Source: a virus
Lineage: Duplodnaviria; Caudoviricetes
Virus record (IMG/VR): IMGVR_UViG_3300032236_000503
Location: 1-58,890 of that record
DNA length: 58,890 nucleotides
Direction: 5' to 3' (one strand)
The number at the start of each line of letters is the position of its first letter. Position 1 is the stretch's first letter. Of this stretch, positions 1-8,082 are shown piece after piece. Below the pieces are notes generated by a model that was not told where the DNA came from, did not search any database, and worked only from the letters and a program-made list of their open reading frames with translations. The position numbers and the translations under genes are program-made.

Positions 1-197
1 GCCATTAGCTGTGTGGCATGAGCTAGTTCAACATCTCCTACTGACTTAGGAAGGTTTCCACTTGAAAGCATTCCCTGCATAGCCAGCCCCGCATACCATT
101 GGTGCAGGGTCATGTCCTTGGCATAGCCGCCGGTTTTGCTCATCCAATTGGGGTCAACCATCTCTACTGGATTTGTAATTGGTACGTTCTCTTTCAT
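1..197 (-). CDS. partial small phage protein (3' end outside window)
   Basis: ATGA overlap with the upstream ORF stop; manual translation MKENVP...DMTLHQWYAGLAMQGML resembles the common phage 'MTLRDYFAAxAMQG' peptides. Confidence 0.6.
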   Translation of the reverse strand, partial: MKENVPITNPVEMVDPNWMSKTGGYAKDMTLHQWYAGLAMQGMLSSGNLPKSVGDVELAHATQLM

Positions 198-418
198 GCT
201 TGCTCCTTTGTTTCAACTATTGCTTGCGTTTCAATCCACACCCTTGCCCCGCAAGACAAAGGTTTGTCGGGGCTGTAAACAACCCTGCTAGGGCCTAGTA
301 CCGATACAGCGTTGCAGCGCGTATTGGACTTGTACGTTTTAACGGTAAGCACAGGCAGGTTTGCACCTTTTGCATTAGCCCTGACGTTGTGCTGGTTTAC
401 ATGAATGATTGTTTTCAT
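194..418 (-). CDS. hypothetical phage protein
   Basis: 74 aa; ATGA-coupled to both neighbours. Confidence 0.75.
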   Translation of the reverse strand: MKTIIHVNQHNVRANAKGANLPVLTVKTYKSNTRCNAVSVLGPSRVVYSPDKPLSCGARVWIETQAIVETKEQA

Positions 419-810
419 TCCGGAGCCTTTTCAACTGCCGCCTCCTCCTTACGGTCTTTGCGTTTTTTGAAGTTCAGTGTGCGTTTGGCTTCCGATACCA
501 GCGGCTTGTTCGCCGCTTTGCGGTAGTAATACTCCCGCGCATATGTACGTGCGTGGGCTTTCTTTTCATCGGCAAGCTTCTTCAGTACCTTGCTTACATC
601 GGATCCTTCACTATGAGTTTGCGCACTTTGCTTGCTTTCCAGCTCCTTTACACGCAGTTCAAGTAGACGGTGCGCCCGCAAAGCATCTGCCCACACCTTA
701 CGCATGGACTCAATGTCACGCTGATTTTGCGTGGAATACGCATGATGCAGATCAACACGCTCTGCCAACATTGCAACAGCGGATGTACGTTTAAATGGGT
801 TCCAGTTCAT
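415..810 (-). CDS. hypothetical protein, coiled-coil with basic C-terminus
   Basis: start moved to 810 by ATGA overlap. Confidence 0.65.
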   Translation of the reverse strand: MNWNPFKRTSAVAMLAERVDLHHAYSTQNQRDIESMRKVWADALRAHRLLELRVKELESKQSAQTHSEGSDVSKVLKKLADEKKAHARTYAREYYYRKAANKPLVSEAKRTLNFKKRKDRKEEAAVEKAPE

Positions 811-944
811 TTGCATTCCTTTGTAAATAAAGCACCAACGGTGTGGCACTTGGGGGTTAAAGTTACGTATCCAATGTAAAAACCAACCGCAATAACGGTC
901 GCTACCAATCCAACTAGAGCAAAGAAGTCCGCCACATATTTCAT
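807..944 (-). CDS. small single-TM membrane protein
   Basis: FFALVGLVATVIAVGFYIGYV hydrophobic stretch; ATGA overlaps at both ends. Confidence 0.6.
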   Translation of the reverse strand: MKYVADFFALVGLVATVIAVGFYIGYVTLTPKCHTVGALFTKECK

Positions 945-1156
945 TTGAGTCTCTCCAAATATGCTGGGTTCATCTTTTTGGTGATCCAAAATCCATCAGC
1001 GTTCAAGCTCATTCCTTTCTTCATCATCTCCTCCGGGGTTCTGCAACGACGGTCAATCCCGTGGTCGCCTGTCCGGTGTTTGTCAAACGCACCGCCGCTG
1101 TTGAAGTACTGCTTGCAGCCTTGGCACTGGTTACGGTCGCCCGACAACACTTTCAT
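941..1156 (-). CDS. FDxHR-type zinc-binding protein
   Basis: CQGC...AFDKHRTG...RRC motif. Confidence 0.7.
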   Translation of the reverse strand: MKVLSGDRNQCQGCKQYFNSGGAFDKHRTGDHGIDRRCRTPEEMMKKGMSLNADGFWITKKMNPAYLERLK

Positions 1157-1449
1157 TTCTGCACCCTCATGTAGTGTTTAAATAGTTCATTGGCAATGAG
1201 TTCTCCAAAGGAGAGTCCGCTGGGGAATTTCATTTCGGATGCAGCGTTGTTACGCATTACATCCTCCGCCCTTTGCAGCCCATCGTTGAATCCCGCGATG
1301 TAGGGGCTATCTCCGGAGAGGCGGATAAGAACACCCTCTCGGATCACCTTCGCCATAGTCATGTCCTGCGACTTGGCAAACTTCTTCAGTCGGGCGTGGT
1401 CTTCCTCGTTGAGGTAGGTGATGAATGCTTTCAGTTTGTTAGAAGGCAT
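1153..1449 (-). CDS. putative ribbon-helix-helix DNA-binding protein
   Basis: FITYLNEEDHARLKKFAKSQDMTMAKVIRE fits an RHH pattern. Confidence 0.55.
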   Translation of the reverse strand: MPSNKLKAFITYLNEEDHARLKKFAKSQDMTMAKVIREGVLIRLSGDSPYIAGFNDGLQRAEDVMRNNAASEMKFPSGLSFGELIANELFKHYMRVQK

Positions 1450-1849
1450 GTAGTTTCCATTCGTTATATTCAAGCATCAGGTCGTCAAATAGTTGCTTGG
1501 CGTTTACATCTCCGTTTAGCTGCGTGCGTGACTCAATGTCGCAGAGCCTGCACAGTAAAGCTGCGGTCTCGTCTTCGGTTAGTGGCAGTTCATTTGCCGC
1601 ATAACTCTCCTGCATGAACCGTTGAAAGTCGGGGTGACGGCAAAGCATCCCCGCCTGTTTAACGCGATTGCTGTAGTCGGTCGGGGACTCGTCATCCTTA
1701 ATCCGAACCAACGCGCAGCCATATCGTGACCCAACAAAATCCCGCAGCAGCTCTTCGGGGATCTCGTCGGGGTGTAGAGCCAACGTCAAAACAAAGCCGG
1801 TACGGTCTTGCTTCAACGCTATCTTCCTGCACTCAAACTGCAAGGCCAT
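1439..1849 (-). CDS. hypothetical phage protein
   Basis: start at MALQFE directly after the upstream stop. Confidence 0.7.
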   Translation of the reverse strand: MALQFECRKIALKQDRTGFVLTLALHPDEIPEELLRDFVGSRYGCALVRIKDDESPTDYSNRVKQAGMLCRHPDFQRFMQESYAANELPLTEDETAALLCRLCDIESRTQLNGDVNAKQLFDDLMLEYNEWKLHAF

Positions 1850-1850
1850 A

Positions 1851-2147
1851 TCAGAAGGGCAGATCTTCTTCGGGGAAGTCGGGAGCCTGCTGACGCTGTG
1901 GTTCAGGCGACTCGTTCTTCGGCACATAGCGGCTCACCGCCAGCGACAGGTAGGTCTTGCCGCTCTTCGACACCTTCTTCCATCCGCCAAGCTTAAAGAT
2001 GGTCAGTCCATCCTCCACCCGAACGGCGGTCATGTCCTTGAGGTTGATTGCGATCTCGCCAAAGTAGTCGGCAGACTTGGGGTTGGTCTTTGTTGGCGAT
2101 GCAAATAGCTGACCGCCGTCGGGGTATGGTTTAAATTCTGTTGCCAT
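1851..2147 (-). CDS. putative ssDNA-binding protein (DUF736-like)
   Basis: GWKKVSKSGKTYLSL motif, acidic EEDLPF tail, adjacent to the annealase. Confidence 0.7.
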   Translation of the reverse strand: MATEFKPYPDGGQLFASPTKTNPKSADYFGEIAINLKDMTAVRVEDGLTIFKLGGWKKVSKSGKTYLSLAVSRYVPKNESPEPQRQQAPDFPEEDLPF

Positions 2148-2150
2148 GAT

Positions 2151-2804
2151 TTATCCTTGAAATGATTTCTTCAACTCGGAGAACTTTGTTAGCACCCTCT
2201 CATACAGCGCGGGGTGTGTGCGCTTTAACGAATCAAGCTGCAAATGGTTCGATGACCAATAGCCGCTCAAATCGGTAAGTGACTTGCAGGTGTTGGTGTA
2301 CTGGATCATTCCATCTGCAAATAATTCGCGTGAGGCATCACTGTTGTCCCACTCTGTGACCTCATTGATGCGTGTGCGGTGTTCCTTCTTTGGCTCCACC
2401 TTCACCTCAACCTTTACCTCAGCCTCCTCTACATCGGGAGGGGTATCCTCTCCGGCGTAGATGTATAGACCGAGTCCATGCATGGCGATAGCCTTTACAA
2501 GGCAGCGCATGATGGATGTGTTTACATCAAATGCATTGGGCGTAGAAATTGGTTTGTTGCGGTAGTCAAGCACGGGCAGCATGCAGGTGACTGGTTTACC
2601 AAACATGGTGACGGTCACCCACACCATAAAAGAACCACCAACTGGCATCAATGGAGATCCATCAAACATCTCCACCTTGAAGTTGGCCTTGGGGTCGGCC
2701 TTCAGCACCTCCGCCCACGCCCACGCCCACGACAGGTAGGTGAGGCCGTTTTTCTTCTCCGTATGCTCGTTAACGTTAATCTTCAACAGATCAGACTGAT
2801 TCAT
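2151..2804 (-). CDS. Sak3-like ssDNA annealing protein (DUF1071)
   Basis: NVNEHTEKKNGLTYLSWAWAW and RCLVKAIAMHGLGLYIYAGED signatures; AAGGAG RBS before MNQS. Confidence 0.85.
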   Translation of the reverse strand: MNQSDLLKINVNEHTEKKNGLTYLSWAWAWAEVLKADPKANFKVEMFDGSPLMPVGGSFMVWVTVTMFGKPVTCMLPVLDYRNKPISTPNAFDVNTSIMRCLVKAIAMHGLGLYIYAGEDTPPDVEEAEVKVEVKVEPKKEHRTRINEVTEWDNSDASRELFADGMIQYTNTCKSLTDLSGYWSSNHLQLDSLKRTHPALYERVLTKFSELKKSFQG

Positions 2805-3660
2805 TTTTTTCTCCTTGATATTGTTTACACCACTGAGCAACTCCGCAATAATTTCCCGCGCATCGTCGGGGTTCACCAAGTCGGACTTCGACATATCCGT
2901 TTTCCTTTAATGCCATCTCTTTGGCTTCATCTGCATCGGTTAATACACGGATCGCAGTTTTGCGACCCTCTCTCTTTACGGCGAATGTCGTCTCCGACAT
3001 CCAGCGTTCCGCATCGGTGCAAGGCGGTAGCTCGTCACCAAAATCCTGTGTCATCTGAGCAAACTTGTGTGCATTTAAACGATCACGGATGAACGTCTCC
3101 GCCTGCGTTGAAGTCCACATCGGGATATCAACAATGACGATGGAGGATTCGGGGTAGTCCTCACCGCGCCCGTTGCCGCTCCAATCCCGCAGGAAAGCAC
3201 ATATCTTGAGACCGCAGACCTTCTCCTTCTTCACGGTCTCCACGAACCACTTGTACATATTGAGTTGTTCGATCCATTCGGTCTTCTCCCGCATGACCGA
3301 CCACACCGAGGTGACCTTGTAGTCCCACACCACAGTTCCCTGCGGGGTCTTCTCCTGTATGTCAATCGCACCGCTGATAGATGTTCCATCCACGGTTGCG
3401 AACAAACGCTCTTCGTAGGTGCAGTTCACGGGCATCGGGGTCTTTTCCAATGCGTTGTGCAGTGCCGTGCCAAGGAACGTGTACATCTTTTCGGATACGT
3501 CCATCTCCATCTCATCTTGGTAACGTTCGCGCAACAGTGCCACCTTGGGCGGGGTCAGCAGACCCGTAACACTATAATCGCTGCTGCCCTTGGTGTACTC
3601 GTCTCTCGACAATGCTCTCACTAGGGCTTCGGGCAATCCGTACTTGTTGGTAACTTTCAT
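2791..3660 (-). CDS. PD-(D/E)XK exonuclease (RecB/Cas4-like)
   Basis: GTALH...E...SGAID...WDYKVT...QLNMY motifs; C-terminal Cys cluster. Confidence 0.8.
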   Translation of the reverse strand: MKVTNKYGLPEALVRALSRDEYTKGSSDYSVTGLLTPPKVALLRERYQDEMEMDVSEKMYTFLGTALHNALEKTPMPVNCTYEERLFATVDGTSISGAIDIQEKTPQGTVVWDYKVTSVWSVMREKTEWIEQLNMYKWFVETVKKEKVCGLKICAFLRDWSGNGRGEDYPESSIVIVDIPMWTSTQAETFIRDRLNAHKFAQMTQDFGDELPPCTDAERWMSETTFAVKREGRKTAIRVLTDADEAKEMALKENGYVEVRLGEPRRCAGNYCGVAQWCKQYQGEKNESV

Positions 3661-3680
3661 CGCTTCTCCAAAGGTTATAT

Positions 3681-4082
3681 ATGATCCCTGAAACTGATGA
3701 TATTGATTGTACACCAAAAAATCAACCGATATCTTTTTTTATTTTGGGGGAGCCAGCGAGCAAGGCAAACAGCAGGAGGGTTGTCAGGTTCGGGGGCGTT
3801 TCCCGCCTCATCAAGAGTGAAAAGGCGCTGAGCTACAGTGAGATGTTTCGCCAACAATGCCCCGTAATAACCCCACTACTTGAAGGGGATTTATGTGTAA
3901 CCTTGCACATTCACTACGCATCGCGCAGACCCGACTTGGATGAGAGCCTCATCTTGGACTTGATGCAGGGTTGTATATACAAGAACGACCGTCAGGTGAA
4001 AGAGCGTCACTGTTACTGGCACTTGGACAAAACCAATCCAAGAGCAGAAATTACCGTGCATGCAATAGGTGTAAACCCCTAG
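3681..4082 (+). CDS. rusA: RusA-like Holliday junction resolvase
   Basis: GEPASKAN...RPDLDESLILDLMQGCIYKNDRQV...PRAEITV. Confidence 0.8.
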   Translation: MIPETDDIDCTPKNQPISFFILGEPASKANSRRVVRFGGVSRLIKSEKALSYSEMFRQQCPVITPLLEGDLCVTLHIHYASRRPDLDESLILDLMQGCIYKNDRQVKERHCYWHLDKTNPRAEITVHAIGVNP

Positions 4083-4296
4083 TCCAACTGTTCGCATTTT
4101 GTAGTATCATTGCTGCGTTGGGAAAGCGGATGCTGGGCGGTTTCGCCCGTGAACGCCAACAGTAAAGCGTTGGATACCCAGTGCAGCGAGTACCAACAAC
4201 CTAAACGCATGGGGACTGTGCAACGGGTTAGCGCCGTTGCTGGGTTGGTACACCATGAGGACACACTGCTTTATGTGAGCAGTCCCCAGCCGTGTT

Positions 4297-4401
4297 GGTA
4301 GCTGTGACCGAGTTGGCCTATGGTTGATGTAGCTAGAGGGATTTGAGTGCCGCTATGGGCAATACTTGGGTCTCCGTGAGTTCAAATTTCACCAGCCACC
4401 G
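4297..4401 (+). tRNA. tRNA-like element lacking a canonical anticodon arm (pseudo-tRNA)
   Basis: acceptor GGTAGCTG/CAGCCACC, D arm ACC-GAGTTGGCCTAT-GGT, T arm GTGAG-TTCAAAT-TTCAC. Confidence 0.6.
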
Positions 4402-4512
4402 ACAGTTTAAACGCATGGGGATTGTGGTTCGCCGTTACTAGAACCATCCTTGCAAGGCAGTCCCCAGCCGTTTATGTTATAGTGCAATCGTTGCTGTCGA
4501 ACGCAACTGTTG

Positions 4513-4592
4513 AAAGCCGTTACTCATGCATTGGCCTCCGGGGATTCTCGGGGGGTTCGACCCAGTGCAGTAGTAACGGCTTTTTTCGTTTT
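4513..4592 (+). terminator. long terminator-like hairpin (possible attenuator)
   Basis: AAAGCCGTTACT (4513-4524) pairs with AGTAACGGCTTT (4572-4583); T-rich tail follows. Confidence 0.55.
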
Positions 4593-4826
4593 CGACGCAG
4601 CCGTACTCCATACGATAGCAAGAGTTCAACCTGACGGCGTGGAAGAAAAGGGTTACACGGTAAGCGTAAAGGCGCGGGGCAACTACCCTCAACAGTCCGT
4701 GGTGCTGGTCGAATCTGCAAGCACAGGGGTTAAGGCAACTTAACATGCAGATGCCGTGAGGCGGTGAAACCAATCCCTCCCAACCCCTTCAGTGGGGAAG
4801 GGGGGTCTTTGGGTGAAATTATTTAA

Positions 4827-5336
4827 ATGCCCCCCAACGGGGGCTATGTAACGGTGCTGAAAGGACAAACAGTGATTCAAATGTCTCCCGCCGAATCCGC
4901 CATCGCGCTGATGCTGGCGGTTATGCGGAACACTACAGCGAGGCAGAACAGTGTCGGGGATAAACAAATGGGAAACCAAGACCCGATACAGATCGACCGC
5001 GACGGGATCCTTGCTGAGATGGCCTTTGGAAAACAGTTCAACCTGTACCCTGATTTTTCAGTTCACCCCCGCAAAGGTGGTGCAGATTTAATCACCAAAA
5101 CTGGTTTGAAGATTGATGTGAAAGCAACCCGATATAAGACTGGTAGACTGCTTATCCACGTTGACAAGCCGGTCACCGAGGTGGACATTTATGTACTGGG
5201 TATCGTTGATGGTGACACCGTTGACTTCATCGGGTATGTCAGATCGGAAGAGGCAATTCAATCGCAGAATTTAAAAGACCTTGGGCATGGCACTGGCTAT
5301 GTCATTGAGCAAGATGCTTTAAGGAAGTTCAAATGA
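4827..5336 (+). CDS. putative PD-(D/E)XK-type endonuclease (start uncertain)
   Basis: AEMAF...GADL...IDVKAT motif pattern. Confidence 0.55.
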   Translation: MPPNGGYVTVLKGQTVIQMSPAESAIALMLAVMRNTTARQNSVGDKQMGNQDPIQIDRDGILAEMAFGKQFNLYPDFSVHPRKGGADLITKTGLKIDVKATRYKTGRLLIHVDKPVTEVDIYVLGIVDGDTVDFIGYVRSEEAIQSQNLKDLGHGTGYVIEQDALRKFK

Positions 5337-5461
5337 AAAACTGCACCCACTGCGGGGTTTTGTTTAAACCTATTCGTAATGCACAGCAGTTCTGCTGCAC
5401 CGAATGCTTCGTTGTTTTTTGTCAGTCAATTGCAAAACGTAAGAAGGCAGATCATGGCTAG
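5333..5461 (+). CDS. 42-aa zinc-finger peptide
   Basis: manual translation MKNCTHCGVLFKPIRNAQQFCCTEC...; ATGA overlap. Confidence 0.5.
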   Translation: MKNCTHCGVLFKPIRNAQQFCCTECFVVFCQSIAKRKKADHG

Positions 5462-5693
5462 AGATTACAAACAGGAATACAAAACACAGGTTGCGCGGGG
5501 CGAACACCCCGACCGCATGGAGCGTCAAAGGGCAAGACGTAAATTAGACGCAGAGGGGGTTTCCCGCAAAGGCAAGGACGTAGCCCACGTTAAAGCTTTA
5601 AGCAAGGGAGGGTCAAACGCTACTGGCATCAAGTTGCAGTCCCCCAGCAAGAATCGGTCATTTAAACGAAACCCCGATGGCAGCATGAAATGA
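5454..5693 (+). CDS. small HNH-like protein
   Basis: GKDVAHVKALSKGGSN...NRS pattern; ATGA-coupled to the primase. Confidence 0.65.
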   Translation: MARDYKQEYKTQVARGEHPDRMERQRARRKLDAEGVSRKGKDVAHVKALSKGGSNATGIKLQSPSKNRSFKRNPDGSMK

Positions 5694-7357
5694 TCGATGC
5701 AGTCCCGAAGGGCGGCAGGATGGTTTGCCCATACTGCTCCCCCGAACGTAAAAAATCCCGTGCAAAAGATATGAAGGTGTCGATGACACCGGATGGTGCA
5801 ATTGTTTACCACTGCCACCATTGCTCTGCGCATGGATCCACTCAACCAAAAAAGCTTACCCTTGTTAAGGAGCGCACAGTGCCTCAAGCCATCAGAGTCG
5901 AACAGTCCAACTTGGGACATGATCATTATCAGTACTTGTTGCAACGGGGTATATCCCCCACCACCGCTGATTCAATGAAGCTGTTCGCGGCGAATAAATT
6001 TTTTGCAAAGCTTGACCGCAACTCCGACGCTATCGGGTTCCCCTACTACCGCGAAGGTAAATTGGTTGCAGTGAAATACAGAAGCTTTCCAGAGAAAGCG
6101 TTTACACAAGATGCAGGCGGGGCGCATGATTTCTTTGGGCTTGATCTGTTGGAAAAGGGGAAGCCCATCATCATCGTGGAAGGCGAGATCGACTGCCTTA
6201 CATTGATGGAGGCAGGAATAAAGAACGTAGTTTCAGTTCCATCCGGTGCGCCGATTAAGGTTGCAGACGGTCGCGTCAAGCCGGAGGAGGACAAGCGTTT
6301 CAGCTATGTTTGGAATGCCGAAGAGTTCCTTGTTGCTGCACCATATGTAATTCTCGCCACAGACCAAGACGAAGCTGGGCAAGCGTTGGCGGAGGAGCTG
6401 GCTCGACGCATTGGGAAAGACAAGTGCCGCCTCGCCAAGTTCTCAACCAAAGATTTAAATGAGCTGTACCTCAGCAACCCGAATGAAGTTCAATCAGTCC
6501 TTGTTGCTGCACAACCTTATCCCATCGCGGGGCTGAGCGAGGCGTCCAGCTACGCAGACCGTTTAAACAGCCTGTACGCACGCGGAACCGGCAAAGGAAC
6601 CAGCACCGGGTACGCTTCGGTGGATGGCATTTACACGGTAGCCCCCTCTCAGCTTACGGTGGTGACCGGATACCCATCGCACGGAAAATCCAACTTCGTC
6701 GATCAACTGATGGTTAACCTCGCCCGCGACAACGAATGGACATTCGCCGTTTGCAGCTTCGAGAACCAACCGGAGATCCACATCTCCCGACTGATGGAGA
6801 TTTACACAAAGAAACGATTCTTCGATGGCAAAAACCGCATGACCCAATTGGAGGCGGACGAAGCGTTTAAATGGGTGAATGACCATTTCATCTTCATTGA
6901 CACGCAGGGCGAAGAACCCTCTACCCTTGACTCAATACTGGATCGGGTGAAGATCGCCGTAAAGCGTATGGGTGTGCGTGGGCTGGTGATCGATCCCTAC
7001 AACTACATAGACCTGCACCGCGAGACCACTGAGACCGATGCAATCTCGCAGATGCTGACACGGGTACAGAAGTTCGTTAAGACCTACGACCTGCACTGTT
7101 GGTTTGTGGCTCACCCTGCGAAGATCAACCGAGCAGGCGTGGAGCAGCCGCGACCGGATGGCATGAGCATTTCCGGATCGATGGCGTGGTGGGCAAAGAC
7201 CGACAACGGCATCACCGTGCATCGGAATATGCAGGCAGGGTATGTGGAGATTGCGGTTTGGAAGTGCCGCCATCGGTGGGTAGGCACTCAGGGGGAGACA
7301 ACCCTGCTATACGACAAGATCAGCGGAACCTATCAGGAAAACCTCGACGCCTTTTAG
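5690..7357 (+). CDS. DNA primase-helicase (T7 gp4/Twinkle-like)
   Basis: CPYC/CHHC zinc finger, TOPRIM EGEID and DQD, Walker A GYPSHGKS, LVIDPYN, VAHPAK. Confidence 0.92.
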   Translation: MIDAVPKGGRMVCPYCSPERKKSRAKDMKVSMTPDGAIVYHCHHCSAHGSTQPKKLTLVKERTVPQAIRVEQSNLGHDHYQYLLQRGISPTTADSMKLFAANKFFAKLDRNSDAIGFPYYREGKLVAVKYRSFPEKAFTQDAGGAHDFFGLDLLEKGKPIIIVEGEIDCLTLMEAGIKNVVSVPSGAPIKVADGRVKPEEDKRFSYVWNAEEFLVAAPYVILATDQDEAGQALAEELARRIGKDKCRLAKFSTKDLNELYLSNPNEVQSVLVAAQPYPIAGLSEASSYADRLNSLYARGTGKGTSTGYASVDGIYTVAPSQLTVVTGYPSHGKSNFVDQLMVNLARDNEWTFAVCSFENQPEIHISRLMEIYTKKRFFDGKNRMTQLEADEAFKWVNDHFIFIDTQGEEPSTLDSILDRVKIAVKRMGVRGLVIDPYNYIDLHRETTETDAISQMLTRVQKFVKTYDLHCWFVAHPAKINRAGVEQPRPDGMSISGSMAWWAKTDNGITVHRNMQAGYVEIAVWKCRHRWVGTQGETTLLYDKISGTYQENLDAF

Positions 7358-7367
7358 CGTTTAAATG

Positions 7368-7396
7368 AAAAAAGGGTAGCCGTTAAGCTACCCCTT
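7368..7396 (-). terminator. intrinsic terminator between convergent operons
   Basis: GGGTAGC/GCTACCC stem with a T-run on the minus strand. Confidence 0.7.
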
Positions 7397-7606
7397 CCGT
7401 GCGTTGTATACCGCGCTGTGTAGGCTGGTGAATGCCCCTCTGTGCCGAGGGTATCCATCCTTTCCCATCTTTGCGACCTTCCACATCCCGTCAAAAAATA
7501 TGTAGATCCCCGTTGGTTTGTCTACCAGTTCAACCAGCATGGGATATTTTTTGACCGCCTCGACAAACCCCCACTCATCCGACCGCAGGGCGGGTACTTT
7601 GTACAT
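7388..7606 (-). CDS. hypothetical protein
   Basis: 72 aa, last gene of the minus-strand operon. Confidence 0.6.
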   Translation of the reverse strand: MYKVPALRSDEWGFVEAVKKYPMLVELVDKPTGIYIFFDGMWKVAKMGKDGYPRHRGAFTSLHSAVYNARKG

Positions 7607-7847
7607 GGATGCGATCTGATATTTCGCGGAACCTCATTTGGTGTTCCGGTTCAAGGTGCAGGTATGCATCCTCCAACAGTTCCAACAGATCATGCGCAGC
7701 CGCGCATATCCTCGCATTCCTTCTTTGGGCGGTCAGCGTCAGCGATTCGCTGGTGCAGTCCGCAACTATCACCGCCCCGAATGAAGTGTCAGTCCAAACG
7801 GTAGTCCCCTTCGACCCCGTCACCTGCGTGGTATACCAATTACTCAT
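7575..7847 (-). CDS. hypothetical phage protein
   Basis: MSNWYT...NARICAAAHDLLE resembles the common 'ANARLIAAAPDLL' phage motif; GGAGG RBS. Confidence 0.65.
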   Translation of the reverse strand: MSNWYTTQVTGSKGTTVWTDTSFGAVIVADCTSESLTLTAQRRNARICAAAHDLLELLEDAYLHLEPEHQMRFREISDRIHVQSTRPAVG

Positions 7848-8082
7848 GGCAGGCACCTCCCACAACACGATCAAAGTGGCGGCGGGTATCCTCGATAAAC
7901 TCTGCGACCTGCGACAAGGGGAAGTTCTCGACAACCTCCCACACCGAAATGTCCTCGTGCGACCAGTCATCCTCCCGCAGCAGTTCCAAAATGTCAGCGT
8001 AGGCCATATTTTCAGGGTAGTAGGTCAGCCACTGATCGAGGGCAAACTGCTCACCGTAGGTCAGGTGTGGTATCTGTTTCAT
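7840..8082 (-). CDS. acidic hypothetical protein
   Basis: 80 aa, overlap-coupled. Confidence 0.65.
   Translation of the reverse strand: MKQIPHLTYGEQFALDQWLTYYPENMAYADILELLREDDWSHEDISVWEVVENFPLSQVAEFIEDTRRHFDRVVGGACHE

Larger units (their letters stand above)
4117..4845 (+). ncRNA. array of structured RNA modules (putative ncRNA/attenuator locus)
   Basis: no credible ORF; many nested helices, GNRA tetraloops and repeated scaffolds (see findings). Confidence 0.65.

Noticed and set aside
2791-3660. Cas4 as evidence of a CRISPR system
   Set aside because: Context with annealase and SSB indicates an ordinary phage recombination exonuclease
4203-4473. CRISPR array or HDV-like ribozyme interpretation of the repeats
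   Set aside because: Only two split repeats with uneven inserts and no cas operon; I could not build the HDV nested double pseudoknot
4753-4775. GCCGTGAGGCGGTGAAAC resembling group II intron domain V
   Set aside because: The complementary 3' strand of domain V is missing and no interrupted gene is evident
4079-4979. Short ORFs in the six-frame track over the structured region
   Set aside because: No RBS, no recognisable motifs, mutually overlapping; the helix pattern explains the sequence better
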